A DNA stretch of 64,000 nucleotides from assembly GCA_944386655.1 (NCBI GenBank), contig CALXBX010000009.1, positions 67,833 through 131,832 of the forward strand, in the 5' to 3' direction. Made by a program: the position numbers and the translations under genes. Below are positions 29,532-41,007 of this stretch, in pieces (positions within the stretch are counted from its first letter, which is position 1; each line of letters begins with the position of its first letter). This stretch comes from an uncultured Clostridia bacterium. Its GTDB lineage: Bacteria > Bacillota > Clostridia > TANB77 > CAG-508. The notes under the pieces were generated by a model that saw only the letters and a list, made by a program, of their open reading frames with translations, was not told the DNA's origin and did no database searches.

Positions 29532-29560
29532 TGAACTTTAAGGAACGTCCCTAAAGTTCA
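29532..29560. repeat. palindromic repeat, GGGACGTTCC-core family (copy c, inverted relative to b)
   Basis: tgaactttaaGGAACGTCCCtaaagttca = exact reverse complement of copy b, 80 bp away. Confidence 0.8.
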
Positions 29561-29626
29561 GAGAAAGAAATGAGAATGAAACTGAAGAAAAATGGGAATA
29601 ATAAAAACAGAAATGGAAAAGAAGGA

Positions 29627-30899
29627 ATGAAAATGAAGTACTTAAAAAGAATAGGGATTCTTATTATTTTATTAATTATTTATATTTATGTTGCATTTAT
29701 TACTTTGTTTCCAGATAGCATTGTTCTAATGCAAGGTGAAAAAATTTCTGTTTTTTCTTTATGGGGAATTCATTTAAAAGAGGCTAGTAACATTAATACA
29801 AGCCTAGAAGGATATGATTTAGGAATTACCCAGACAAAGGTAGTGGGAAATACACCAGAAGAAGAAAAAGATAATGAAAAGGTAGCTAACAATGCAGGAA
29901 AAATGCAATTAACATTTTCTTTATTTGATACAATACCAATAAAAGAAGTTTCTGTGAGTGTAATTCCTAAAACAAAAGTAATCCCTCTTCGGAAATGCTA
30001 TAGGATTAAAACTATACACTAGTGGAGTATTAGTAGTGGGAATGACAGAAATAGAGGGGAATAAACCTTATGAAAATACTGGAATACAAGAAGGAGATAG
30101 AATTATATCAATTAATGAACAAAAAATTAGTAACACAGAAGAATTAATAGAAACAGTGGATGCATCGCGAGGAAAAGAAATTACAGTAAAATATGTTCAA
30201 GAAGATAATACAGAACAAGTAGTAACTATGACACCTACAAAAACAAAAGATAATGAATATAAATTAGGACTTTGGGTAAGAGATGCAGCTGCAGGAGTGG
30301 GAACTGCAACCTTTTATGAACCGGAAAGTGGAATGTTTGCTTCATTAGGCCATGGAATTGCTGACATTGATACAGGTGATTTAGTTACTATTTCTAATGG
30401 GGAATTAGTTACTATGAAATTAGTCTCCATCACAAAAGGTGAAAAAGGAAAACCAGGAGAAATACGAGGTAGTATAGAAAATTCTTCTACTATAGGACAG
30501 GTATATCAAAATACATCATTTGGTATATTTGGAAAAGTAAATAATAAAAATTATTTAAACATAAGTACTCAAGCAATGGAGGTAGCCTCCAGAGAGGAAA
30601 TTACAAAGGGAAAAGCAGAAATAATATGTGAAATAGAGCAAGGAAATCCAAAACGATACGAAATAGAAATTGAAAAAATATATACGGGGAATAATCAAGA
30701 TAATAAAAGTATGCAAATAAAAGTAACAGATGAAGAATTATTAGAAAAGACAGGTGGTATCATACAAGGAATGAGCGGAGCACCTATCCTACAAAATGGA
30801 AAATTTGTTGGAGCAGTTACTCATGTACTAGTTAATGACCCTACAACAGGATATGCTGTTTTTGCAGATTTAATGTTAAAACAAATGAGTCAAACGTAG
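29627..30899 (+). CDS. spoIVB: stage IV sporulation protein B (S55 serine peptidase); +1 frameshift at 29990
   Basis: ORF 29570..30022 (TM N-terminus) and GTG ORF 30036..30899 (PDZ + peptidase: GMSGAPILQNGKFVGAVTHVLVNDP). The +1 frame across the junction reads LGNAIGLKLYTSGVLVVG. The inserted c in cttCgga creates a CGG codon. Confidence 0.75.
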
Positions 30900-30946
30900 A
30901 TGTTTTACAAGCAGGCATTAAGAAACTAGAGAAAATGAGAAAAACA

Positions 30947-30973
30947 AAAAGCAGTAAATTTCATACTGCTTTT
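30947..30973. terminator. bidirectional terminator hairpin between spoIVB and murC
   Basis: aaaagcagta-aatttca-tactgctttt. Confidence 0.6.
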
Positions 30974-30996
30974 CTTCTTTTATAATTTTGCTTTTT

Positions 30997-32379
30997 CTAA
31001 TTAGCATTTGATTCTTCTGCTAATTTTGTTTTAGATTTTTCGGAGTCCAATAACATTGGTCCAATATTAGTAACTGTTCCAGCTCCTAGAGTAAGAATAA
31101 TATCATCTTTTTCCACATGTTTTTTTAAGAAAGTAACAATCTTTTTAAAATCTGGAAGATAATAAGCTTTTCTACCGGACTCTGTAATTTTATCTACAAT
31201 ATCCTTTGCTGAGACACCATAGGTATCAGACTCTCTGGCAGCATAAATATCTGTTACAATAATATTATCGAAATTCATTAATACCATAGCAAATTCGTCT
31301 AGATGAGCTTTGGTTCTACTATAAGTATGTGGTTGAAAAACAACCCAAGAATGATGATATTGTTTTTTCTTTAATGCCATAGCAGTTGCTTTAATTTCTG
31401 TAGGGTGGTGACCATAATCATCATAAATACTAGCTCCGTTATATTGTCCAACAAATTCAAATCTTCTATGAGCACCTGTATATTTACGAAGTGCTTCTTT
31501 AATATCTGTTTTATCTAAGCCGTAGTTATCACATAAAGCAATGCAAGCAAGCGCATTAGAAACATTATGCTCACCAGGAACAGATAGCACAATAGAAGCA
31601 TAAAAATAATTATTATGATATACATCAAAGTGAGCAAATCCATTTTTATCAAAGGTGATATTACGAGCAACGTAATTTGCTTTTTCGTTTTCTATACCGT
31701 AAGTAATTACCTTAGCAGTAGTATATTTATGAAGTTGGGAACAATAGGAATTATCAGAATTTACTACTAATAGTCCATTTTTTGGTAGCAATTTTACATA
31801 TTTTATAAAGGCGTTAAATATATTCTCCATATTCTTAAAATAGTCTAAATGGTCATCATCTATATTTAAAATAATTTCAGACTTAGGATAAAATTTTAAG
31901 AAACTTTCTACATATTCACAGGCTTCTATAATAAAATAATCACTATTGCCAATTCTATAATTGCCATCAATAGCTTTTAATGTAGCACCTACTTGAATAG
32001 AAGGGTCCAAACCTGCTTCTAAAAAACACATAGAAACCATAGATGTGGTGGTTGTTTTTCCATGTGTACCAGAAACACAAATAGTATCGTCAAAAGCCTT
32101 GGTTAGCAAACCTAAAAAATCAGCTCTTTCAATAGTAGGAATTCCTAACTCTTTTGCTTTTACTAATTCTTCGTCTGTTTTTTGAATGGCTGCTGTATAT
32201 ACTACAACATCTGCTTGAGAAACAAGGGAAACATCATGACCAATGACGATTGGAATACCGTCTTTCTTTAACTTTTCTGTAATTTCTGATTCTGCACAAT
32301 CAGAACCAGTAATAGAAAATCCCCAATGTTTTAGAATTTCTGCGATGCCGCTCATACTTACACCGCCAATACCTATCAT
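30997..32379 (-). CDS. murC: UDP-N-acetylmuramate--L-alanine ligase
   Basis: MIGIGGVSMSGIAEIL…GSD N-terminus and Mur ligase motifs (GTHGKTTTTSM); start taken at the internal Met preceded by an RBS. Confidence 0.85.
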   Translation of the reverse strand: MIGIGGVSMSGIAEILKHWGFSITGSDCAESEITEKLKKDGIPIVIGHDVSLVSQADVVVYTAAIQKTDEELVKAKELGIPTIERADFLGLLTKAFDDTICVSGTHGKTTTTSMVSMCFLEAGLDPSIQVGATLKAIDGNYRIGNSDYFIIEACEYVESFLKFYPKSEIILNIDDDHLDYFKNMENIFNAFIKYVKLLPKNGLLVVNSDNSYCSQLHKYTTAKVITYGIENEKANYVARNITFDKNGFAHFDVYHNNYFYASIVLSVPGEHNVSNALACIALCDNYGLDKTDIKEALRKYTGAHRRFEFVGQYNGASIYDDYGHHPTEIKATAMALKKKQYHHSWVVFQPHTYSRTKAHLDEFAMVLMNFDNIIVTDIYAARESDTYGVSAKDIVDKITESGRKAYYLPDFKKIVTFLKKHVEKDDIILTLGAGTVTNIGPMLLDSEKSKTKLAEESNAN

Positions 32380-32711
32380 ATGTACACGTTTATATCTTCT
32401 TAACTCCTCTATATGTGCCACAGTAAAACACACTCCTTTTAAATTCTTAAAGCATATTGTTAATTCATTATGGAATTATATAATTTTTTAGCTGAAAATT
32501 CAATACATTTTACAAAAGTTATACCTCATTATATGTATTTTTTAAGAAAAAGTGTATATCTTATAAGAGAAAAAAGGAATAGAAAAAGAGACGAAAAAAA
32601 TTATTTATAAAAATTGTAAAAACAAGAAGGAAAAAAATTTTTTTTGACGAATAATATTATTGTACATAAGAAAATGTACAAATTTTAAAACAATTGGAAA
32701 GAGGTGCTCAA

Positions 32712-32993
32712 ATGCAAATAACAGATGTACGTTTAAGAAAAGTAAATTCAGAAAACAGAATGAAAGCTGTTGCTTCTGTAACATTCGATAATGAATTCGT
32801 AGTACACGATATCAAAGTTATCGAAAGCCAAAATGGATTATTTATTGCTATGCCAAGCAGAAAAACTCCAAACGGAGAATTCAAGGATATAGCTCATCCA
32901 ATCAACGCTGAGACAAGAGAGAAAATTCAAAAAGCTATATTAGAAGCTTATGAAGCTCCAGAAACTGAGGAAACTTCAGAATCAGCAGAATAA
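32712..32993 (+). CDS. spoVG: septation protein SpoVG
   Basis: [11 protein letters not shown]…[22 protein letters not shown]…[24 protein letters not shown]. Confidence 0.85.
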   Translation: MQITDVRLRKVNSENRMKAVASVTFDNEFVVHDIKVIESQNGLFIAMPSRKTPNGEFKDIAHPINAETREKIQKAILEAYEAPETEETSESAE

Positions 32994-33016
32994 TATAAAT
33001 AAGAAAAGAAAATAAA

Positions 33017-33058
33017 AGACTTCACTTTAGGTTTTATAAAAGTGAAGTCTTTTTTGGC
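33017..33058 (+). terminator. rho-independent terminator after spoVG
   Basis: agacttcacttt…aaagtgaagtct + tttttgg. Confidence 0.7.
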
Positions 33059-33082
33059 TATATTTCAATGAAATATAGCCTA

Positions 33083-33469
33083 CTATCCTAAAATGGGATA
33101 GCGCTTTCTTTTGGCTTGGATTTCCTCAGCCAGCTTGTTGTAATCTAAGTTATTAGTGGAATCATTTAAGTCAAAGGTTATAGACAAACGGATATCTTTG
33201 GAATTCACAAGAGTATAAGTGGAATTTTCCTCCAAAAAACATTCATATAGATAAAAAGTTTTTATTTTATAGCCAAAACTATCTTCTTGGCAAAAATAAA
33301 TTTCTATTTGAAAGCAATTTTCCTGTGGATGGAAAAACATAATATCATTGGTAAACAAACCAGATATCTTCTTTCCCCTTTTTCCAGATTCTAAAATATC
33401 CTCTATGAGTATAAATCCTGTGTTTACCCAATCCTCTGTCCGTAACTCGGCCCTAATAACTTTTTTCAT
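33083..33469 (-). CDS. hypothetical protein (128 aa)
   Basis: ORF with AAGGAGG 8 nt upstream of the MKKVIRAEL start. Confidence 0.4.
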   Translation of the reverse strand: MKKVIRAELRTEDWVNTGFILIEDILESGKRGKKISGLFTNDIMFFHPQENCFQIEIYFCQEDSFGYKIKTFYLYECFLEENSTYTLVNSKDIRLSITFDLNDSTNNLDYNKLAEEIQAKRKRYPILG

Positions 33470-33564
33470 AAGAAATTCCTCCTTATGCACAAGATATATC
33501 TAGTTTACCATAATTATGAAAAAAGTACAAGAGGAAAATGCAAAATTTTCCTAAATGAAGTATC

Positions 33565-35022
33565 TTATTCGCCTACAGACAATTCATAAATCGCTTTTGC
33601 ATAAATATTTGTAGATAACAGTAATTTATCAATGTCCACAAATTCATCCACTTGATGGCACATGTCTTTATCGCCTGGAAAATTCATACCAAAAGAAATC
33701 ATGTTAGGAAAAGATCTGCTATAAGTAGCTCCACCAATAGCTAATGGAGAAAAAGAAGCCCCACAAGTTTCGTTAAAAATATGGCATAATTTACTAACTA
33801 GCGGATTTTTTTTGTCTATAAACAAGGGTGCCATATCTTGCATAACAGAAATTTCTATTCCTTTTTCAGCAAAGGTTTGCGTAAAAGTTTGTAATACCGT
33901 CTTAGAGGAATAGGTAACAGGAATTCTAAAATTGATACCAATGCAAAGGAAGTTGTTCTGGATATAACATTGAGCAGTATTTAAAGTAAGAGACCCAGAT
34001 TCATCTTTTAAGTCCAATTTTAAGCCTTTTCCTGTGTAATCATCCCCAATAAAAGTACAAAAGGTGGAAAGTAGCGGGATAGAGACATGGTGCATCAGTA
34101 ATACATCATTCACCACACAAAGTAACTTACTAATAGCATTTTGCCCTAACTCCGGATGTGCACTATGTGCAGAAATACCATAGGAAGTAATTTTTATATG
34201 GGTATCATCTACCTTATATAAATCCATATCATAATCGTAGTGGTCAATTTGCTTTTTTAAAGCAGTAATCACAGAAGAAGCATTTAGATTTTTTTGCAAT
34301 TTCAAAATACAACTAGCTATTTTAGGAACTACATTGATAGCATTATTTTGACATTCCAAAGCTTCTATTTCTATAGGTAAAGAAGTAGAGATTCCAAAAG
34401 AAAATTTTTTAGAAAAAGTAAGCTTACTTAAATCTTGTTTTAAGAGAATAGAAAGCACTCCTTTTTCTGCATAAATACAAGGAAAGTCAGCATCAGGACT
34501 AAATCCAATAGTAGGAAGTTCTTCATGTTCTTTATAATAAGAAATGCACTTCCAATCCTTTTCTTCGTTAAGACCTGTAATAAGACGAATACGTTTCTTT
34601 AAAGGAACATGAGAGGTTTGCAAATATTCCATAACAGCTTTCATAGCATATAAACTAGCCACCATAGGTCCTTTGTCGTCTATAGCCCCTCTACCATAAA
34701 TACGATTTTTGTAAACAGTAGGAGTAAAGGGAGAATAAGTCCAATCTTCTTCTTTAGCAGGGACAACATCTAAATGCCCAACAATACCAACAATTTCCTC
34801 TCCTTCTCCAAATTCCACATAGCCACAATAGCCATCTACATTTTTGGTACGAAAACCAAGAGAAGAGGCCAAATTTAGAAAATATTTTAAACAATCACTA
34901 CAATCCTTTCCAAAAGGAAAATGCGTATTTTCACTTTCCTCTGAAATACTAGGATAAGTAATTAAATCACAAACGTTACTAATAATATTTTGTTTTTGAG
35001 AATAAATGTAATTTTGAAACAT
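33565..35022 (-). CDS. pepV: M20-family dipeptidase (PepV/Sapep-like)
   Basis: GHLDVVP and RGAIDDKG metal-binding motifs; GGAGG RBS before MFQNYIY start. Confidence 0.7.
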   Translation of the reverse strand: MFQNYIYSQKQNIISNVCDLITYPSISEESENTHFPFGKDCSDCLKYFLNLASSLGFRTKNVDGYCGYVEFGEGEEIVGIVGHLDVVPAKEEDWTYSPFTPTVYKNRIYGRGAIDDKGPMVASLYAMKAVMEYLQTSHVPLKKRIRLITGLNEEKDWKCISYYKEHEELPTIGFSPDADFPCIYAEKGVLSILLKQDLSKLTFSKKFSFGISTSLPIEIEALECQNNAINVVPKIASCILKLQKNLNASSVITALKKQIDHYDYDMDLYKVDDTHIKITSYGISAHSAHPELGQNAISKLLCVVNDVLLMHHVSIPLLSTFCTFIGDDYTGKGLKLDLKDESGSLTLNTAQCYIQNNFLCIGINFRIPVTYSSKTVLQTFTQTFAEKGIEISVMQDMAPLFIDKKNPLVSKLCHIFNETCGASFSPLAIGGATYSRSFPNMISFGMNFPGDKDMCHQVDEFVDIDKLLLSTNIYAKAIYELSVGE

Positions 35023-35162
35023 ATGAATACCTCCTATATTATAAGATATGCTTGTTTTTTTGATTTTATGTTTTAAAAGGAAGATTGTCAATAAATTAGA
35101 AGAATATATTGACAAATGAAAAATATTTCAGTAGGATTATGTAAAAGAAAGTAGGAGAAAAA

Positions 35163-36827
35163 ATGGAGAGTATAGAAGAATTATTAAGTAAATATAAAAG
35201 ATATGAAATGCCAGAATTAATTCAGGATTTAAAACAACAGAAAAGAGAAAGGGAAGTATATCAAAGTATGCAGGAAATTATGAAAAAGGCAAATGGCTAC
35301 GATATACTAGGAATTATTAGAGTATTAACAAACACGCAAAAAGGAAAAGAATATTTTGAACAAAATATAGAACAATTTACACAGGAAATAGCAAAGGAAT
35401 CTGTGATAAGTTATATTCAGTTTTTAAAGGAAAATTTCTCAGGAAAGGGGATAGAAAAAATCCGCTATACTTTGTTTGAAAAATGTTTAGCAAAAGACTT
35501 ACCAGAGTATATAAAACAAATGGGAATAGTAGAAGACGAAAAAGGAAAAATCATAGAAAAATGTGCAGAGGATAAAATTTCTAGCTTAGTAGAAGAATTA
35601 TATCATCTGCAAGAAAAAGAATATGTAAGAGAGCATGCAGATGAATTCATTCATAAATGTAACGCTTCTTCTATAGTGGAACTTAGTGAAATTTGGCAAA
35701 AAGTAGATTTACAATTACTTGAAGAAATTTATCCAGAATTGATAGATAAGTGTTCGAGAAGAAAATTGCCAGATTTGGTAATGTATACAGAAGATGTAAA
35801 ACTAATACAGAAATATAAAGAAGCATTATTAGAGCATATGCCAGAACAATATATTCCAGTTTATTATAAAATACTTGTGCAAAAAAATATTCCTGTTACA
35901 CAAGAAGAAATGAAAGAGATGGTAGATAAAACACAAGAAGATGCCATACCAGCTATAGTAGCAGAAATACAAAAAAATCAAGAAGGTTGGATAGAAAAAA
36001 ATATTACTAATATTATACAAAAATGTGGAAGAGATAGTATTTCTCAACTAATAGAAGTGTTAGAACAAAAACAAGATGGTAATTCAATAGTAATGAAAAA
36101 TTTTGATGGATTATTGCAAAGAGCTAGTGCAGATACAGTATTAGATTGTTTAGATAGGGTAAAAGAAGATGCAGAAATGAAAAAGATATTTCAGGACAGA
36201 GATTATGACTTCTTGCTTTATTTAATAAAAATTATTCCTAAAATGGATGTAGATAAACAGTTTTTTGGAAGATTAATTCAAAATGATAAATCAACTGTAA
36301 TAAAAGATTGTTTTCAGCAATTTGCAGATAAACCAATAGTTGAACAGGATTATGCCAATTTAATTCATTTTATAGATAACGGAAAAAATAGTTATGTTTT
36401 TCGATTAAAAGATTATGCTGTTAAAATAGGAAAACAAAGGAAAACTTATGAAATTCCTTACGATGAAAATATTAGACAGCCATTATTTAGAATGCAAGAT
36501 AGAGATAAAGAAAATAAAAATGTTATTTTAACTGTAGAGGTACAAAGATTTACCGTTAATCGAAAGACACCAACAAAAGAAGAAAGAGAAGCTTTAGTAA
36601 GGAAGTTAAAATCAAGACATATCATAGCAAAAGATTTAGCAAATCATCCAGAGAATGCTTTTTACTTAGATGAAGGTGACGAAAATAAAATGGTTATTCC
36701 AAAAGAAGATACTTCTGCAGGAATTATGCATTATCCAGATGAAAAAGAAGATGAAGGAATGAAAGGCGGAGATGTAGTGTTAAATGATACTGATTATCTT
36801 TGGAGAGATGATGAAGAAGAAAGGTAA
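35163..36827 (+). CDS. hypothetical acidic alpha-helical protein (554 aa)
   Basis: RBS aggagaaaaaatg; no recognisable catalytic motif. Confidence 0.45.
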   Translation: MESIEELLSKYKRYEMPELIQDLKQQKREREVYQSMQEIMKKANGYDILGIIRVLTNTQKGKEYFEQNIEQFTQEIAKESVISYIQFLKENFSGKGIEKIRYTLFEKCLAKDLPEYIKQMGIVEDEKGKIIEKCAEDKISSLVEELYHLQEKEYVREHADEFIHKCNASSIVELSEIWQKVDLQLLEEIYPELIDKCSRRKLPDLVMYTEDVKLIQKYKEALLEHMPEQYIPVYYKILVQKNIPVTQEEMKEMVDKTQEDAIPAIVAEIQKNQEGWIEKNITNIIQKCGRDSISQLIEVLEQKQDGNSIVMKNFDGLLQRASADTVLDCLDRVKEDAEMKKIFQDRDYDFLLYLIKIIPKMDVDKQFFGRLIQNDKSTVIKDCFQQFADKPIVEQDYANLIHFIDNGKNSYVFRLKDYAVKIGKQRKTYEIPYDENIRQPLFRMQDRDKENKNVILTVEVQRFTVNRKTPTKEEREALVRKLKSRHIIAKDLANHPENAFYLDEGDENKMVIPKEDTSAGIMHYPDEKEDEGMKGGDVVLNDTDYLWRDDEEER

Positions 36828-36845
36828 AAAAAATACAAAAAAGCG

Positions 36846-36874
36846 TTGACTTTTCAGTAAATCCGTTATATAAT
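36846..36874 (+). promoter_or_regulatory. sigma-A promoter of S10 operon
   Basis: TTGACT-17 nt-TATAAT; about 235-nt leader before rpsJ. Confidence 0.6.
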
Positions 36875-37111
36875 ATATCCGCATGTTAAAAAGCGATGAA
36901 GTAGAATGTGGCTACAACCTTGCAAAAGCAAGGGATGGAGGGAACTTCTATGGAGTATGTCATGGCTTAGACCAGGCGGTAAGTTTTATAAAATACATAA
37001 GCACTTATCCCAAGATTATCATGCAAACTTGGGGTTTTCTATTAGCAATAAAAGAAACACAAGGGTGCGTTTAAAACTTCCGACCAACAAAAAAGAGGAG
37101 GGAAAACAAAA

Positions 37112-37438
37112 ATGGCAACATCAAACAAAGTAGGAAGTGAAAAGGTAAGAATAAGATTAAAAGCTTACGACTCACAACTTTTAGAACAGTCTGCTCAAAA
37201 AATAGTAGATACTGCTAAAAGAACAGGAGCAAAAGTATCAGGTCCTATTCCATTACCAACAGAAAAAGAAATCATTACTATTTTACGTTCTCCACACAAA
37301 CATAAAGATTCTAGAGAACAGTTCGAAATGAGAACACATAAAAGAGTAATTGACATTCTTTATCCAACACAAAAAACAGTAGATAGCTTAATGAAAATTG
37401 ATTTACCAGCAGGTGTTGATATCGAAGTTAAGTTATAA
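37112..37438 (+). CDS. rpsJ: 30S ribosomal protein S10
   Basis: Conserved uS10 sequence; RBS gaggaggg. Confidence 0.9.
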   Translation: MATSNKVGSEKVRIRLKAYDSQLLEQSAQKIVDTAKRTGAKVSGPIPLPTEKEIITILRSPHKHKDSREQFEMRTHKRVIDILYPTQKTVDSLMKIDLPAGVDIEVKL

Positions 37439-37557
37439 AATGAAAAAATTTTTATTTAAAAGTAACCACGCTGACATAAATGAAAGTGCCAGCCAATAGT
37501 TAAGTTAGATCTTTGAGAGATAACTTATGCGGTGAAACGTATAGGAGGAAAGTAAAC

Positions 37558-38187
37558 ATGAAAAAAGCAATTATCGGAAAGAAATTAGGAATGACACAAA
37601 TCTTTGATGAAAAAGGAAGAGTTATTCCAGTAACTATTATTGAAGCTATACCAAATGTGGTAGCTCAAGTTAAAACAATAGAAACAGACGGCTATAATGC
37701 AATTCAATTAGCTTATGGCGAAGTAAAAGAAAGTAAAGTAAACAAACCTGTAAAAGGACATTTTGCAAAAGCAGGAATCACACCTAAAAAACATTTAAGA
37801 GAATTTAGAGTAGATTCTGTAGAAGAATATAAAGTAGGAGACGAAATTAAAGCAGATACTTTTACAGCAGGAGATAAAATTGATGTACAAGGTACATCAA
37901 AAGGAAAAGGTTTCCAAGGTGTTATTAAACGTCATGGACAATCTAGAGGACCAATGGGACATGGTTCTATGTATCATAGAAGACCAGGATCTATGGGACC
38001 TACATCTACACCAGGTAGAGTATTTAAAGGTAAAAAATTACCAGGACATATGGGAGTAGATACCATTACAATTCAAAACTTAGATGTAGTAAAAGTAGAT
38101 ATGGACAAAAATGTTATTTTAGTAAAAGGTAGTGTGCCAGGAGTAAAAGGAGCTATCTTAAAAATAAGAACAAGTGTAAAAGCATAA
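37558..38187 (+). CDS. rplC: 50S ribosomal protein L3
   Basis: [16 protein letters not shown]… uL3. Confidence 0.9.
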   Translation: MKKAIIGKKLGMTQIFDEKGRVIPVTIIEAIPNVVAQVKTIETDGYNAIQLAYGEVKESKVNKPVKGHFAKAGITPKKHLREFRVDSVEEYKVGDEIKADTFTAGDKIDVQGTSKGKGFQGVIKRHGQSRGPMGHGSMYHRRPGSMGPTSTPGRVFKGKKLPGHMGVDTITIQNLDVVKVDMDKNVILVKGSVPGVKGAILKIRTSVKA

Positions 38188-38203
38188 GGAAGGAGGAAGA
38201 AAA

Positions 38204-38827
38204 ATGCCTAAAATAGACGTATATAGTGTAGAAGGTAAAAAAGTAAAAGAAATAGAGCTTAAAGAAGAAATTTTTGGTATTGAACCAAATGAAGCAGTAG
38301 TACATAGTGTACTTGTTAACTTTTTAGCAAATCAAAGACAAGGTACACAAAGTACAAAAACAAGAGCAGAAGTTCGTGGTGGAGGAAGAAAACCATGGAG
38401 ACAAAAAGGAACAGGTAGAGCAAGACAAGGTTCTATTAGAGCACCACAATGGGTAAAAGGTGGAATTGCATTAGGACCAAAACCTCGTTCTTACAAATAT
38501 ACAGTAAATAGAAAAGAAAGACGTTTAGCTATCAAATCTATGCTAAGTTCAAAAGTATTAGAAAAAGAATTAGTAGTAGTAGATGCTTTAGACTTAAAAG
38601 AAATTAAGACAAAAGAAATGGCAAAAATTCTTAATAACTTAAAAGTAGAAGGAAAAACATTAATACTATTACCAGAAAAGAATGAAAATGTACAAAAATC
38701 TGCAAGAAACATTGAAAATGTAAAAACAACTTTAGTTAATACCATCAATGTATATGATTTATTAAAATACAAAAACTTAGTAATTACGCTAGACACCGTT
38801 AAAAAATTAGAGGAGGTGTATGCATAA
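38204..38827 (+). CDS. rplD: 50S ribosomal protein L4
   Basis: uL4 sequence, operon position. Confidence 0.9.
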   Translation: MPKIDVYSVEGKKVKEIELKEEIFGIEPNEAVVHSVLVNFLANQRQGTQSTKTRAEVRGGGRKPWRQKGTGRARQGSIRAPQWVKGGIALGPKPRSYKYTVNRKERRLAIKSMLSSKVLEKELVVVDALDLKEIKTKEMAKILNNLKVEGKTLILLPEKNENVQKSARNIENVKTTLVNTINVYDLLKYKNLVITLDTVKKLEEVYA

Positions 38828-39174
38828 TGAGACCAGAAGAGATTATCATTGCACCAGTAATCACTGAAAAAAGTAATGATGAATTACAAGCAGGAAAATA
38901 TACATTTGAAGTAAATAAAAATGCTACAAAAGTAGATATTGCAAGAGCAGTTGAAAAATTATTTGAAGTAAAAGTACTAAAAGTAAATACCATTCATGTA
39001 AGAGGAAAAAAGAAAAGAATGGGAAGATATGAAGGAACAACTGCAAGCTGGAAAAAAGCAATTGTAACAATTGATACAAATCCAGAAGAAAAGAATTATC
39101 TTGCAAAAGGTGGAAAAACCACAAAAATGACTAAGAAATATAAGGATTCTATTGATGAATTTATGGGAGCATAG
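38827..39174 (+). CDS. rplW: 50S ribosomal protein L23 (with about 20-aa C-terminal extension)
   Basis: uL23 sequence, operon position. Confidence 0.85.
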   Translation: MRPEEIIIAPVITEKSNDELQAGKYTFEVNKNATKVDIARAVEKLFEVKVLKVNTIHVRGKKKRMGRYEGTTASWKKAIVTIDTNPEEKNYLAKGGKTTKMTKKYKDSIDEFMGA

Positions 39175-39180
39175 TAAAAC

Positions 39181-39470
39181 GAATTAAAATCAGCATCTTG
39201 CGTTGTTAAATTTTATCATTAAATCCTCGATGTGCAACAAGCACACCTCCGGTACTAATGATAAAAGCAAGCCTAGCAATCTACTAATTTTAATCCGTTT
39301 ATAATAACAGAAGAAGTTATCGAGAAAAAACTCGGAAAATAAAGAATATCTGCTATACGGAGCAGGAAAAAATCCGTAAATAAAAAAAGAAAGAGAGGAA
39401 GAAACTTTCAAAAACGAGTATTACATATTTATTGTAAGACGAAGTTTTTCAAAGTTTCAAAAAGAAGGAA
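39181..39470 (+). other. about 290-bp non-coding insert between rplW and rplB with long hairpin (39197-39271)
   Basis: cttgc…ttttatcatta-[34 nt loop]-taatgataaaa-gcaag plus a second stem ctgct…agcag; no credible ORF. Confidence 0.4.
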
Positions 39471-39477
39471 AATGGGA

Positions 39478-40299
39478 ATGAAACATTTTAGACCAACAAC
39501 TCCATCTCGCAGAAATATGACAGTTTCTACTTTCGAAGAGATTACAAAGAAAACACCTGAAAAATCTTTACTTGCAAAAAAGAAAGAAAAAGCAGGAAGA
39601 AACTCTTATGGTAGAATTACAGTTCGTCATCAAGGTGGAGGAAACAGACAAAAATATAGAATTATTGATTTTAAAAGAATGAAAGATGATATGCCAGCAA
39701 CAGTAATTGGTATAGAATATGATCCAAATAGAAGTGCAAATATTGCATTAATCCAATACGAAGATGGAACAAAGAGCTATATTTTAGCACCAGTAGGACT
39801 AAAAGATGGAGACAAAGTAGTATCTGGACAAAAAGTAGATATTAAACCAGGAAATGCAATGCCAATTGAAAGCATTCCAGTTGGTACAATGATTCATAAT
39901 ATTGAGTTACATCCAGGACAAGGTGGAAAAATGGTAAGAGCAGCAGGACAAGAAGCACAATTAATGGCTAAAGAAGGAAAATATGCTCACGTAAGACTTC
40001 CATCTGGAGAAATGAGATTAGTTATGACAAGATGTAGAGCAACCATTGGTACAGTAGGAAATACAGATCATGAAAATGTAAACATTGGTAAAGCTGGTAG
40101 AACAAGACATATGGGAATTCGTCCAACAGTAAGAGGTTCTGTTATGAACCCAGTAGATCACCCACATGGTGGTGGTGAAGGTAGAGCACCAGTAGGACAC
40201 GCAGGACCATTAACACCTTGGGGTAAACCAGCATTAGGATATAAGACAAGAAAGAAAAATAAACAATCTGATAAATTTATTGTAAAGAGAAGAAAATAA
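39478..40299 (+). CDS. rplB: 50S ribosomal protein L2
   Basis: [16 protein letters not shown]… uL2. Confidence 0.9.
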   Translation: MKHFRPTTPSRRNMTVSTFEEITKKTPEKSLLAKKKEKAGRNSYGRITVRHQGGGNRQKYRIIDFKRMKDDMPATVIGIEYDPNRSANIALIQYEDGTKSYILAPVGLKDGDKVVSGQKVDIKPGNAMPIESIPVGTMIHNIELHPGQGGKMVRAAGQEAQLMAKEGKYAHVRLPSGEMRLVMTRCRATIGTVGNTDHENVNIGKAGRTRHMGIRPTVRGSVMNPVDHPHGGGEGRAPVGHAGPLTPWGKPALGYKTRKKNKQSDKFIVKRRK

Positions 40300-40319
40300 A
40301 AAAGGAGGCAAGTTAAAAC

Positions 40320-40601
40320 ATGTCAAGATCAAGCAAAAAGAAACCATTTGTTGCACCAGAGCTTATAAAAAGAATTGATGCAATGAATGAAACTGGAAAA
40401 AAAGAAGTATTAAAAACATGGTCAAGAGCATCTACAATCTATCCTCAAATGGTAGGACATACAATAGCTGTTCATGATGGTAGAAAACATGTACCAGTTT
40501 ATATTACTGAGGAAATGATAGGTCATAAATTAGGAGAATTTGCTCCAACAAGAACATTTAAAGGTCATGCAGGAGAGAAAACAACAACAACTAAGAAATA
40601 G
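40320..40601 (+). CDS. rpsS: 30S ribosomal protein S19
   Basis: uS19 sequence. Confidence 0.9.
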   Translation: MSRSSKKKPFVAPELIKRIDAMNETGKKEVLKTWSRASTIYPQMVGHTIAVHDGRKHVPVYITEEMIGHKLGEFAPTRTFKGHAGEKTTTTKK

Positions 40602-40615
40602 AGGAGGGAAATAAC

Positions 40616-40984
40616 GTGGAAAAACAAGACGTTCAAGAAGTGATTATTCCAGAAGCAAGCGCAACACTTAAATATGCTAGAATTTCTAGTAGAAAAGTAA
40701 AAATCGTCATTGATTTAATCAGAGGAAAAAGTGTAGATGAAGCTTTAGCTATCGTAAAATATACACCAAAAGCTGCATCTGAAATCATTGAAAAATTATT
40801 AAAATCAGCAATCGCTAATGCTGAAAATAACCATCATATGGCACACGAAAAACTATATATTGCTGAAGTTTATGCAAATCAAGGTCCAACTCTAAAAAGA
40901 ATTAGACCAGCAGCAAAAGGTTCAGCTGTTAGAATTCGTAAAAGAACAAGCCATATTACAATCGTATTGAGAGAAAGAGATTAA
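40616..40984 (+). CDS. rplV: 50S ribosomal protein L22
   Basis: uL22 sequence; GTG start. Confidence 0.85.
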   Translation: MEKQDVQEVIIPEASATLKYARISSRKVKIVIDLIRGKSVDEALAIVKYTPKAASEIIEKLLKSAIANAENNHHMAHEKLYIAEVYANQGPTLKRIRPAAKGSAVRIRKRTSHITIVLRERD

Positions 40985-41007
40985 AATAGAGGAGGGAAAA
41001 TAAAGCA

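Noticed and set aside
36883-37133. Two short ORFs (63 and 75 aa) upstream of rpsJ
   Set aside because: They lie within the S10 leader downstream of the TTGACT/TATAAT promoter, with no RBS. It is more likely a structured untranslated leader.
39190-39411. 73-aa reverse ORF in the rplW-rplB insert
   Set aside because: There is no RBS and the sequence is low-complexity. The region is better explained by RNA secondary structure.
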